Translations under genes and position numbers: made by a program | Shown here: positions 20,501-28,996 of the stretch, in pieces | How positions within the stretch are numbered: the stretch's first letter is position 1 | Layout: each line of letters starts with the position of its first letter | Source: Ostreococcus lucimarinus | Taxonomy: Eukaryota | DNA length: 64,000 nucleotides | Assembly (NCBI GenBank): GCA_000092065.1 | Contig: CP000587.1 | Reading direction: 5' to 3' (one strand) | Notes under the pieces: generated by a model | The model's input: the letters and a program-made list of their open reading frames with translations, nothing else | Told to the model about the DNA's origin: nothing | Databases searched by the model: none

Positions 20501-20733
20501 TCATCGCCAGAACGGTTGACGAATATGTTCGAATCGCCGTCAAGGCGGCGAACGCAACAGACAAGCAAAAGTCGAATACACGCGCTCGCATCAAGAAAGC
20601 ACTGCATAAAAAATTGTTCAAAAATGCGGATGCTCCGAGGTTGTGGGGGGATGCCATCATGAGTGCGCTGCAGAAGCCCAAGCGTTGGCACTGGATCGAG
20701 GCCGAACCGCTGAAACAACACGACGAGCTTTAG
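17593..20733 (+). CDS. Type-II-membrane-anchored double glycosyltransferase: N-terminal GT4/GT1-like domain plus complete C-terminal OGT-like (GT41) catalytic domain
   Basis: From the ATG at 17593: [27 protein letters not shown] is a signal anchor. Next comes a GT-B C-lobe with [20 protein letters not shown]...[38 protein letters not shown]. A TPR-like middle follows. The C-terminal 500 aa align by motif to the OGT N-cat/C-cat lobes ([28 protein letters not shown] ~ OGT [79 protein letters not shown]...[11 protein letters not shown] ~ OGT [48 protein letters not shown]...QEYEDIAVKLG). The first 208 codons of the track ORF are antisense to the neighbouring gene. Confidence 0.75.
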   Translation: [1046 protein letters not shown]

Positions 20734-20780
20734 ACTTGAATAGTTTACGTAGATTATTACATAAAGTCGACAGCGATAAC

Positions 20781-21512
20781 TCACACCTTCTTCGCCTTGG
20801 CACCGCCGAACAACTTTTTCACCGTGCGCACAATCATCATTATGATGCGCCAACCCCACATCACGGACACGACGAAGATGCCAAGAGCGCCCGCCTTGAC
20901 GATGTACGTGTTCGAGTCGTTCACGACCGTTCGCCATACCAACGGCGGACCGACGATGAGTCGGCAAAGCAAGAACAACAGCGCAAACAACAAGTCATTC
21001 AACGTCGCCAGGAGACTATCCTTCATGTTCAATTCGCGCAACATGGAGCGCAAGTGCAAGCTCGGATTGCTCACCTCCATCAAAAACAAGCACCCGACCA
21101 GTTCGGGGCCACTGCGCCCGGTGATGACTCCGCTCGCGAGCCCGCCGACGGTGAACATGTGATGGACCACATTCTCCACCTCGTTATTCAACAGGCAATA
21201 AAAGAAGTCGTACACGAAATAACCCAGCGACAGCGTCATGCACTCCAAGTGCGCCATCGTGTTCGCTCCGCCTACGTTCTCCAACAGCGCCCCCCACGTC
21301 GGCAGGCATCGCGCGCACATGTAAATGGCCACGACGGCGTGAATGAAGCTCACAGTGCGATTGGAAAAGTCGGCTGTGCGTCGGCGCAGGACGCCGAAGC
21401 GCAGGAAGACGTAGAGTAGCGTCCACCCGACGCTCTGCGGGACAACCTTTTGCAGCGAAGGAATGGCGACGCGGAGGTACTCCAAGTCGAGCGACGGCGA
21501 CTTACTAACCAT
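20781..21512 (-). CDS. TLC-domain (TRAM/LAG1/CLN8 homology) membrane protein, TMEM56/TLCD4-like
   Basis: A 243-aa multi-TM protein. It shows the TLC pattern (..FSNRTVSFIHAVVAIYM.., ..HHMFTVGGLASGVITGRSGPELVGCLFLMEVSNPSLHLRSML..) and a C-terminal KK-rich tail. The ATG was not checked base by base. Confidence 0.55.
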   Translation of the reverse strand: MVSKSPSLDLEYLRVAIPSLQKVVPQSVGWTLLYVFLRFGVLRRRTADFSNRTVSFIHAVVAIYMCARCLPTWGALLENVGGANTMAHLECMTLSLGYFVYDFFYCLLNNEVENVVHHMFTVGGLASGVITGRSGPELVGCLFLMEVSNPSLHLRSMLRELNMKDSLLATLNDLLFALLFLLCRLIVGPPLVWRTVVNDSNTYIVKAGALGIFVVSVMWGWRIIMMIVRTVKKLFGGAKAKKV

Positions 21513-21653
21513 AATGACGTCGTTGATGATGTTCTTCGCGTATCAGGACGCGATAATGCGGCCTAGCGCGGTGAGCGATGCGCTGTGACGGCGGACATGG
21601 CGAAGGTTAAATCTATTGAGCGAGGAGACGCGCGAGCCAAGAGCGCGCACGGC

Positions 21654-21689
21654 GGCCAATGGCGAGTCTATGCGGTTTAGCGGCCAATC
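21654..21689. promoter_or_regulatory. Two CCAAT boxes (GGCCAATGG, CGGCCAATC) about 140-175 bp upstream of the TLC-domain gene ATG
   Basis: Read directly: ...cacggcggccaatggcgagtctatgcggtttagcggccaatctatgc... in the 200-bp spacer between the JmjC-gene stop and the TLC-gene start. Confidence 0.25.
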
Positions 21690-21709
21690 TATGCATTGAT
21701 ATTCTATAT

Positions 21710-23234
21710 CTAAAACCAAAAGTTGATGCTTATCGACGGCGTGAGTGCGCGGACGTAGTGCCAGCATTTTGCCGGGATGTAAACAAAGTCGCCCGGTCCG
21801 ACTATAACTTCGTACGCCGTAGCTAAGCTAAATTCAGGGAAGCGATCGAGGTCGGGGTGTTCCACGTCCACAGCGGAGAAGTTCCCTTGCGAATGTCTCG
21901 TCGTGGATTTAGACGCGGTCGTGCGGTACATGTAAGGCGTATCCGACTCGAGAAATAGTCTTATCAACTTGTATCCCGCAACCTGCAAGCACAAAAACAC
22001 GCGAAGTGAGTCGACGGCGGCGGCGGGGTTGGCGAATACGAATGTAGGGCGCTGTGTAGGCCGACGCTCATAACTTTGATACGCCGGTTCTATTGGCGCT
22101 CGCGTTTATGTAGGGAGTCGGTATCACCGGGCTGCCATGACTTTCACAGACCGGCTTCTATTAGACTCCCGCAACGAAAGTGGACAAAAATACGAGTTGC
22201 TCAAAGCGCACCTGACCAAATAAATTGTCGTACGTGTCGAAATGACACGGTGTGATCGTTCCCGCGGTACCCATCCAGACGTAGACCCGTTCGAAGCTAG
22301 GGGCGCAATTTCCAGCGCTGACATATTCTGGAACCGCGTAGTCTTCCGCCAACTCGCGAAGCTGATCAACCAGTTGATGCTGCGCCAAGTACGCAACATC
22401 ACCTGTGCTCGCGCCCCTCACCGAAGGCAACATGTCCTCATCGATAAAGTCTGCGATTGTTTTCACCTGTTCTCTCCAGTTTTCAACGTCGCTGTACTTG
22501 CCTATTTCTAACGGTACGCTGCGGTGACCGTGGACGAATCGCCACCATTCCAAGTCGGCCCATTTGCGCAGCGCCGGCCATTCCTCACCGAGCGATTCGA
22601 TGAAGACCGGTATCTCGGTCTTATAATAGCGCTGCTTAAACGTTTTCAAGTCCATTTCGCGATGATGCACTCGCGCGAGCCTCGTCTGCGCGGCATGATC
22701 GCCTCGGTCGCCTTTCGGCGCCGCGCTCGGGAACAACCACTCGCTCGTCGACGCGCTTCGCGCGTGCCCGGCGCTCACCTCACGGCGTCCGTCCATCCCC
22801 AACGCCCGCTCGCACGCGCGCACGAAATCAACCACCATATCCACGGGCGCACCCACGATCAAGGCCATGTCCACCGCCAGCATCGCCTCCCGCGCGCTCT
22901 CCGCTCGCGTCTCGCCGTCGCCGTCCCGGTCCCGCAGCGCCGCCGCGCACCGTCGAAGCTGCGCCAGGACGTACGCATCTCGCCAGCTCTCCCGCGGCCA
23001 CGCGCCGCGCGCTTGCAGCGCCGCGTACGTCGCGTCGACGACGCGCTCTCGAGCCTTCTTCGCGTCGTCGTCGTCATCCGCGCTCGACGACTTTGTCAAG
23101 ACGAGGTCGAGCCAACGCGCGAGTTTTTCTTCGCCGTGCGCCGCGATGTCCGCCACCGCGTCGCCTCCGAACGCGCGCGCGAACTCGTCGGTCACGCGCG
23201 CGTCTAACGCGTCGACGTCGGCGCTCGGAGCCAT
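21710..23234 (-). CDS. JmjC-domain protein, JMJD5/KDM8-like 2-oxoglutarate/Fe(II) hydroxylase; exon1 22202..23234, intron 21992..22201, exon2 21710..21991
   Basis: ORF 22161..23234 has the HxD iron site ..AGTITPCHFDTYDNLFGQ. ORF 21710..22000 has the C-terminal JmjC strand GDFVYIPAKCWHYVRALTPSISINFWF. They join in phase 0 across CAG|GTGCGC ... CTTGCAG|GTTGCGGGATAC, giving ...DNLFGQVAGYKLIRLF.. and matching JMJD5 (NLFCQVVGRKYIRLY). The ATG at 23234 was verified. Confidence 0.8.
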
Positions 23235-23295
23235 GCGAGCGCGCGCGAGGGTGAGGAAACGCGCAGAGTTGGTTGGTTTGGTTGTTGCACGCGCG

Positions 23296-23952
23296 CTACG
23301 ACTGCCACAGCCGCTTCAACTCGCGTCCGGCTCGGCATTTCTCCACCGCGCTCAGCGCGATGCGCAAGACTTCGTCCTGAATCACGTCCGGTTCGCGATT
23401 GGCGTCGATCACGTCCCACCAATCTTCTCGCATCGCTTCGAAACTCGCCTTGACGGCGCGTTGCATCTCCGTCGTCTCGTATCGCTCCTCGCCGAAGCCG
23501 CCGCGCTTCGCCGCGTCCTCGAGCGATAACTCTAAATACATCAACGCGTCCGGACGCGGTAATCCGACTTCAGGGGCGCGACACCACTCTAAATCCAATC
23601 CATCCACCCCCTTCGCCGCCGTAAACGCGCACCCGCTGTACGAGTACCTATCGCACACCAACGTCACGCCGCTCGCGAGCTTGCGTTCCATGAGCGCCTT
23701 CTTCTCCCATCGATTCGCCGCGAACAGCAGGTGTATCGCCCCATCCTCCATCTCGCTCTTCGACCGCAAGTACTGATCGATCATCTTCCCCATCGCCGTC
23801 GCGCGATCGGGGTACCGCCACAGCTCCGCCTCGACCCCCCGCGCCTCGAGCGTGTGCACCAACCGCATCGCTTGCGTCGACTTCCCGCATCGATCCGCGC
23901 CTTCGAACAGCACGAACGCGCCTCGCGCGGCCACTTTTCCCGCGGCGGACAT
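23296..23952 (-). CDS. TMK: Thymidylate kinase (dTMP kinase)
   Basis: It has the P-loop FVLFEGADRCGKSTQ, the DRY motif LVCDRYSYSGCAF and the lid region. The first 127 codons of the track ORF are Arg-rich antisense-like. The ATG at 23952 (MSAAGKVAARGAF..) was verified. Confidence 0.9.
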   Translation of the reverse strand: MSAAGKVAARGAFVLFEGADRCGKSTQAMRLVHTLEARGVEAELWRYPDRATAMGKMIDQYLRSKSEMEDGAIHLLFAANRWEKKALMERKLASGVTLVCDRYSYSGCAFTAAKGVDGLDLEWCRAPEVGLPRPDALMYLELSLEDAAKRGGFGEERYETTEMQRAVKASFEAMREDWWDVIDANREPDVIQDEVLRIALSAVEKCRAGRELKRLWQS

Positions 23953-24226
23953 CGTCGCGAGCGCGCCCGCACGCGCGGCGTCTCGCCGCGGCGCGTCGCG
24001 GTGCGTCGCGCGTCGTCGCGGTGCGTCGCGCGTTTCAAACGCGCGCGCGGCGACCGACCGCGTGTGACGCCGAATGTCCGAATTCTCCATCCCGGGATAT
24101 GGCGCGCAGTCTGGTTTATCCAGATCGCGCGCGCCGAAAACCCTAGTGATGTCGGCTGACTGTTTGCGCACACGACGCGCCGACCCCGCGGGGCACGCGC
24201 GCGCGCGCGCCACACCGCGCCGCGTC

Positions 24227-25253
24227 ATGTTTACGATCTCCGCGTCCTCCACCGCCGCGCGACCGACCGTGGTCGCGCACCGTCGCGCGAATAAGACGCG
24301 CGCGAAGCGTTCCGTCGTCGTGCACGGCGCCAAGGTGCGCGAACGCGCGAGCGCGCGACGCGCGCGCGCGACGCGAACGCGCGCGCGAGTAATCGCGAGG
24401 GGCGCGATCGGGCGTGTTATCCTCGACGACGACGGCGTCGGACGAGGCGCGAACGCGATGAAGAGGACCGCGAACGCGCGTGGGAGTTTTGTTGCGTCGC
24501 GCGCGCGCGTCGCGGCGCGCGCGCGGGCGTCGACGGGGGGACGGCGGACGGGACGAGGCGACGGCGATCGCGCGGGGCGTATCCTCGAGGGGTTTGGCGC
24601 GCGCGCGCGCGGCGCGGACGAATCCGACGTTTGACGCGGTGTGGGTGGACGTGCGTTTGACGAGAACGGTAGACTGACGGATGATTGATCGTTTTCGCGC
24701 GTTGCAGTCCAACCCGGTGTCCAGCGGTTACGCCGCGGCGCTCGTCGACGCGTGCAAGTCCTCCGGCGCGCTCGAACAAGTGCACGCCGATATGGAGACG
24801 CTCGACGCGTACGTCAAGGCGAACGCCAGCGTTGCGGGCTTCTTGGCCAACCCGACCATCGTCGCGGAAAAGAAGAAGGATGTTTTGGCGAAGCTCGGCA
24901 AGGAGGCTGGCTTCCACGCGTTCACGGGCAACTTCTTGAACTTGTTGGTGGACAAGAGACGTGAAAACCAAATCGAGGCCATCATCGCCGAGTTTGAAAC
25001 TTTGTTCTGCGAGGCGACGGACACGCAAGTCGCGACGGTGACTTCCGCGGTCAAGCTCGAAAACGAGCAACAATTCATGATTGCGAAGAAGTTGCAAGAG
25101 ATGACGGGCGCCAAGAACATCAAGCTCAAGCCGGAAGTCGACGAGTCTCTCCTCGGCGGCTTCGTCGTGCAATACGGCAAGGATGGCTCCGGCTTCATCG
25201 ACATGTCCGTCAGAGGACAAGTGGATAAGCTCGCCAGTGTGTTCGTGAACTAA
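24227..25253 (+). CDS. F-type ATP synthase delta/OSCP subunit precursor (organellar); exon1 ~24227..24333, intron ~24334..24706, exon2 ~24707..25253
   Basis: ORF 24681..25253 is an OSCP/delta domain (SGYAAALVDACKSSGALEQVHADMETLDAYVKANASVAGFLANPTI...). Its apparent Met lies inside an intron: ...GACTGACGG..(28 nt)..TTGCAG|TCCAACCCG. Upstream exon MFTISASSTAARPTVVAHRRANKTRAKRSVVVHGAK|GTGCGC supplies a 36-aa presequence in phase 0. Plastid versus mitochondrial targeting is not resolved. Confidence 0.75.
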
Positions 25254-25382
25254 GCGAATACGTCGTCGATTTGCCGCATAGCCGAAAGTAGAACCGCCGG
25301 ACAAGTTCCGCCGCTGATTTAATTTCAATTCAATTGAGTCACCTCACACTTTCGTCGTCGCTAACTAATGGCTAACACTAAT

Positions 25383-26348
25383 CTACCGCGCGTCGTTCGA
25401 GCTATTCGTCGCGCGACTGCTCGCGGCTTTAAAGAATTTCGCCCCGACGTACGCGAGCGTCTTCGTCGGCGACGTGGTCAGGAGCCCCGCGACTGCTTGT
25501 CGCAGCGTGCTCGCGCGTACGATTCGCCTCAGGCAAGCGCGCACCGCGTCGCCGACCCGTTCAGCGTCGTCGCCGACTTCAACTCTATTCAACATAGTCG
25601 TCACCGTCGCCGGCAACGCATCGATGCGCTCGCGCGTCGCTTCAGGGCTCTTATCTTGCCGCCACGTCGACGCCGACGTCTCGACGCCTTTGAGCTCGCG
25701 CACGACGTCCTCGTACATCTCTCGCATCGCCTCCCCGTTCGATCTCGCGATGCGCTCGATCTTCAACCCATCCTCCGCCGCGAACGCGAATCGCACGTCC
25801 CCGTCGTAGGACAACCGCACGATCGCGCGATGAAAATCGAGTTCGCTGAACGTCTCCGGCAGCGTCAACAGCGCCGCGTTCGCCGCGCTCCGCGCGTTCC
25901 GCGCCTGCGCGTTCACGATCGCATCGCACGCGCGCGCCGTCTCGTGCGGCTTGTGCATCCTTCCCGCGACGAATAAATGCTTCCATCGCTCTAAATCATC
26001 CACGACGTCGCGCACGTCGACGACGCCGTACTTGTACGCGCGTCCCCGTTCGTCCCGCAGGCGCGCGTTGTAGTGCGCGTCCGCGCCCAGCGTCGTCGCC
26101 GCGCCGTGAATCGCGCGCCCACCGCCCAGGCGCGCGTGCCACGCGTAGTGCGATGGATTTCGCGTCGCGTTCGCGTCGTGCCACGCCGCGGGATCGCGCA
26201 CGGCGACGAGCACGTCGAGCGCGCGCTCGGGTCCGGCGACCGACGCGTCGGCGAGCACGGCCGAGCCGTACGCCAGCGCGTGCTCCACGGGCGGCAGCGC
26301 GGCGAGGACGCCGGCGATGCGTTCGCGCGCGCGCGCGTTCGCGCGCAT
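25383..26348 (-). CDS. TAM41: Tam41/MMP37-family mitochondrial phosphatidate cytidylyltransferase
   Basis: ALAYGSAVLADASV..DVLVAVRDPAAWHDANATRNPSHYAW...KYGVVDVRDVVDDLERWKHLFVAGRMHKP matches the Mmp37 family signature. The ATG was verified. Confidence 0.75.
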   Translation of the reverse strand: MRANARARERIAGVLAALPPVEHALAYGSAVLADASVAGPERALDVLVAVRDPAAWHDANATRNPSHYAWHARLGGGRAIHGAATTLGADAHYNARLRDERGRAYKYGVVDVRDVVDDLERWKHLFVAGRMHKPHETARACDAIVNAQARNARSAANAALLTLPETFSELDFHRAIVRLSYDGDVRFAFAAEDGLKIERIARSNGEAMREMYEDVVRELKGVETSASTWRQDKSPEATRERIDALPATVTTMLNRVEVGDDAERVGDAVRACLRRIVRASTLRQAVAGLLTTSPTKTLAYVGAKFFKAASSRATNSSNDAR

Positions 26349-26450
26349 TCGAGCCGCGCGCGATCGATCGCGACGGCGCGCGCCGCGGTGTGCGGCGTCG
26401 GTTACGGCGCGCGTTCGTTCCTCTATCCACTCTATTCTACAGTAGAATTT

Positions 26451-27077
26451 CTACGTCTTCCTAGGTTTCTTCTTCGACGACGGCAGCGCGTCGACGACGT
26501 CGCGCTCGCCGTTCGCGTCCGCGCCCTCGCGCGCGTCTCGCGCCGCCGCGCTCGCCGCCGCCGCCGCCGCCGCCGCGCGTCGCTCCTCCGTCTTCGTCGT
26601 CAACTCTCCCGCGCCCACGTCCTCCGCGTCCTCCCGCGCGATCCTCAGATTTCCTATCTCCCCGTCCACCGCCTCCAGCGTGAACGTCCCGCTCGCTTCG
26701 TCGAACACCAGCGCGCAGTCGATCCCGACGTCTTCGCTCGCGCCGTCGTCGCTCGCGCGCGGCGCCTCCCCCTCCTCCGCGTCCTCCCTTCCGCGCGCGC
26801 GTCGCGCCCGTCGCATCCCGCGGTACCGCACCGCGCGACGATCGCCCTCGCGCGCGTCGCCGTCCCGCACCGCGTCGAACGCGACGTCGACGGCGCCGCA
26901 CGGCGAGATTTTCACGCGCGCGCGCGCCGTCGCGTCCGCGTTCGACGCGCTGAAATCGTACCGGAACACCGTCAGCGGCGGCGCGGCGCGCGCGCGCGCG
27001 TCGCCGAAGCGCTCGCGGACGCTGTCGCCGACGCGCACGGCGTAGACGTCGCGCGCGCGCGGCGCGCGCGGCGGCAT
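26451..27077 (-). CDS. Hypothetical acidic protein with C-terminal basic NLS-like tail (SSKKKPRKT)
   Basis: The 3' part of track ORF 26451..27935, counted from the in-frame ATG at 27077 (MPPRAPRARDVYAVRVGDSVRERFGD...). Its composition is not Arg-runs and looks protein-like (..GIDCALVFDEASGTFTLEAVDGEIGNLRIARED..). The rest of that track ORF is antisense to the Pol kappa gene. No family assigned. Confidence 0.35.
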   Translation of the reverse strand: MPPRAPRARDVYAVRVGDSVRERFGDARARAAPPLTVFRYDFSASNADATARARVKISPCGAVDVAFDAVRDGDAREGDRRAVRYRGMRRARRARGREDAEEGEAPRASDDGASEDVGIDCALVFDEASGTFTLEAVDGEIGNLRIAREDAEDVGAGELTTKTEERRAAAAAAAASAAARDAREGADANGERDVVDALPSSKKKPRKT

Positions 27078-27140
27078 TCGTCGCCGCGATCGATTCCGGC
27101 ACCGCGCGACGCGTCGCCGTGTGACGCGCGCGCGCGCGCG

Positions 27141-28934
27141 ATGGACGACGACGAGGCGTGGACGGAGCGAGACGCGCTGGATTGGCGCGATGACGACGAC
27201 GACGCGAGCGAGGACGAGGGCGCGAGCGCGCGAGGCGCGGATCACGAATTCGACGGTTGCGACGCGATGGCGACGAAAACGAACGACGACGACGCGCGGC
27301 GCGACGCGAGCGCGGACGCGACGCGCGCGCCCGCGGCGCTGTCGTACGGAAGCGTGTTCACGCACGCCAAGGCTGGGATGGAGAACGTCGATCGCGAGCG
27401 CGTGGCGAGGGTGGTGTACGACGCGACGGTGGGGACGCCGCACCACGAAAACGAGACGCGCAAGGAGCGAGCGACGTCGAAGAGGATCGCGGCGATGAAG
27501 GCGAAGGGCCAGGGAATGACGAAGACGGAGTGGGAGACGTTCGGACGACGGGCGGACGAGCGGGCGCGAGCGATGGAGAGGACGCGGAGCGGGGCGAGAA
27601 AGTGGTTGGTGGTGGACATGGATGGATTTTACGCGGCGTGCGAGGAGTTGTACGATCCGGCGTTGAAGAGCGTGCCCGTGGGCGTGGCCGCGGGACCGTC
27701 GAGCGTGTTGACGACGGCGAATTATGTGGCGAGAAAATACGGGGTGCGGGCGGCCATGCCGGGATTCATCGCGAAAAAGTTGTGCCCAGATTTGGTATTC
27801 GTGAAGCCCGACTTTAAAAAGTACGTCAAGGCGTCGAACGAGTCGCGAGGCGTGTTCGCGCAGTACAATCCCGACTACATCGCCGGTTCGCTCGATGAGG
27901 CGTACATCGAGGTGACGGAGTATTGCGAGAAGCACGACACGACGATGGAGGCGATCGCGGAGGAAATTCGCTCAAAGGTGAAGGAAGCGACGGGCGGATT
28001 GACGTGCTCCGTCGGCGGCGGGTGCTCGCGTCGATTGGCCAAAGTGTGCTCAGACTTCAACAAGCCAAACGGGCAGTACATCTTGGGTACGACGCGTGAC
28101 GATATTCTGAAGTTCCTTCGCGACTTGCCTGTGCGCAAAATGTACGGCATTGGGAAGACGCTGGAGAGGATACTGAACGAGTTTGATATTAAGACGTGCG
28201 GCGATTTGCTCGCAAAGCGCGCGACGATGCTCGCCTTGTTCACACCGAAAGCGTTCGACTTTTTGCTGGGCATCGCGCTCGGCATCGGTACCGAGTGTCA
28301 TCCGCGCGAAACGCCCGAGGGCTCGGGCGGACGAAAAGGTGTTTCCAAGAGCGAAACTTTCAAGGCGACGGCGGACAAGGCTTACTTGGATGCGAAAATG
28401 ACCGAGCTCGCGACCGAGGTGGCGTTAGAATGTCAGAGGCTCAATTTGAAAGGCCGCATGGTGGCCGTGAAGCTGAAACGAAGCACGTTCGACGTTATTC
28501 AACGTCAGACCACGCTCGCGGGGCCGACGAACGATGTCAAGACCATCGTGAATAGCGCGTTGCGATTAATGCGCAACGAAAACTCAATCGGGGCGAACAT
28601 GACTCTACGCCTCGTCGGCGCGCGAGTTTCGCAATTCGATCACGAAGAAGATGTGCCAGAAGATCAGAAGCGTATAGATAACTTTCTTCTTTCACCTAAG
28701 ACGGCCTTGACGCAAGCCGTCGCGTCTGTAGAAGAAACCTGGACGTGCGACGAGTGCGCGCGGACATTTCCACTGAAGCAGCAGACTGAACATCTCGACT
28801 GGCACGTCGCGAGACGATTGCAATCAATGGACGACGCCGAACAGTCGCGCGCGCGATTCGCGGCTTCGCACAAAGTGCCGTCGAAGAAACCTCGTCAAGG
28901 CGACCTACGAAGCATGTTCTTCACGAAGAAATGA
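27141..28934 (+). CDS. POLK: DNA polymerase kappa (Y-family, DinB/POLK) with C-terminal UBZ-type zinc finger
   Basis: It has the Y-family palm/fingers motifs (WLVVDMDGFYAACEEL, SLDEAYIEVT, GGLTCSVGGGCSRRLAKVCSDFNKPNGQYIL, the little-finger region) and the N-clasp typical of Pol kappa. UBZ: WTCDECARTFPLKQQTEHLDWHVARRLQ. The first 356 codons of the track ORF are Arg-rich upstream read-through. The ATG MDDDEAW.. is used. Confidence 0.85.
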   Translation: MDDDEAWTERDALDWRDDDDDASEDEGASARGADHEFDGCDAMATKTNDDDARRDASADATRAPAALSYGSVFTHAKAGMENVDRERVARVVYDATVGTPHHENETRKERATSKRIAAMKAKGQGMTKTEWETFGRRADERARAMERTRSGARKWLVVDMDGFYAACEELYDPALKSVPVGVAAGPSSVLTTANYVARKYGVRAAMPGFIAKKLCPDLVFVKPDFKKYVKASNESRGVFAQYNPDYIAGSLDEAYIEVTEYCEKHDTTMEAIAEEIRSKVKEATGGLTCSVGGGCSRRLAKVCSDFNKPNGQYILGTTRDDILKFLRDLPVRKMYGIGKTLERILNEFDIKTCGDLLAKRATMLALFTPKAFDFLLGIALGIGTECHPRETPEGSGGRKGVSKSETFKATADKAYLDAKMTELATEVALECQRLNLKGRMVAVKLKRSTFDVIQRQTTLAGPTNDVKTIVNSALRLMRNENSIGANMTLRLVGARVSQFDHEEDVPEDQKRIDNFLLSPKTALTQAVASVEETWTCDECARTFPLKQQTEHLDWHVARRLQSMDDAEQSRARFAASHKVPSKKPRQGDLRSMFFTKK

Positions 28935-28996
28935 TAGAAATAATTTAGCCGTTCATTCGTTCATTGTACATTCCTAGATTTAGCGCGCGGATGCGA

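Noticed and set aside
24681-24706. Track-ORF start MIDRFRALQ for the ATP-synthase delta gene, and the ATG at 48615 for a second CBP80 ORF
   Set aside because: Both Met codons lie inside introns. In each case CTGAC sits 26-28 nt upstream of a CAG acceptor that continues the same frame, and the 48615 codon is TTG. The upstream exons supply the true starts.
26461-27102. Gly/Arg-rich 213-aa ORF (GGRGGGGGAARERRRRERRRR...) as a GAR or RGG protein
   Set aside because: It is a different frame on the same strand as the better-looking acidic ORF 26451..27077. Both are overlapped by read-through of the Pol kappa upstream frame. Its composition is pure GC-repeat translation.
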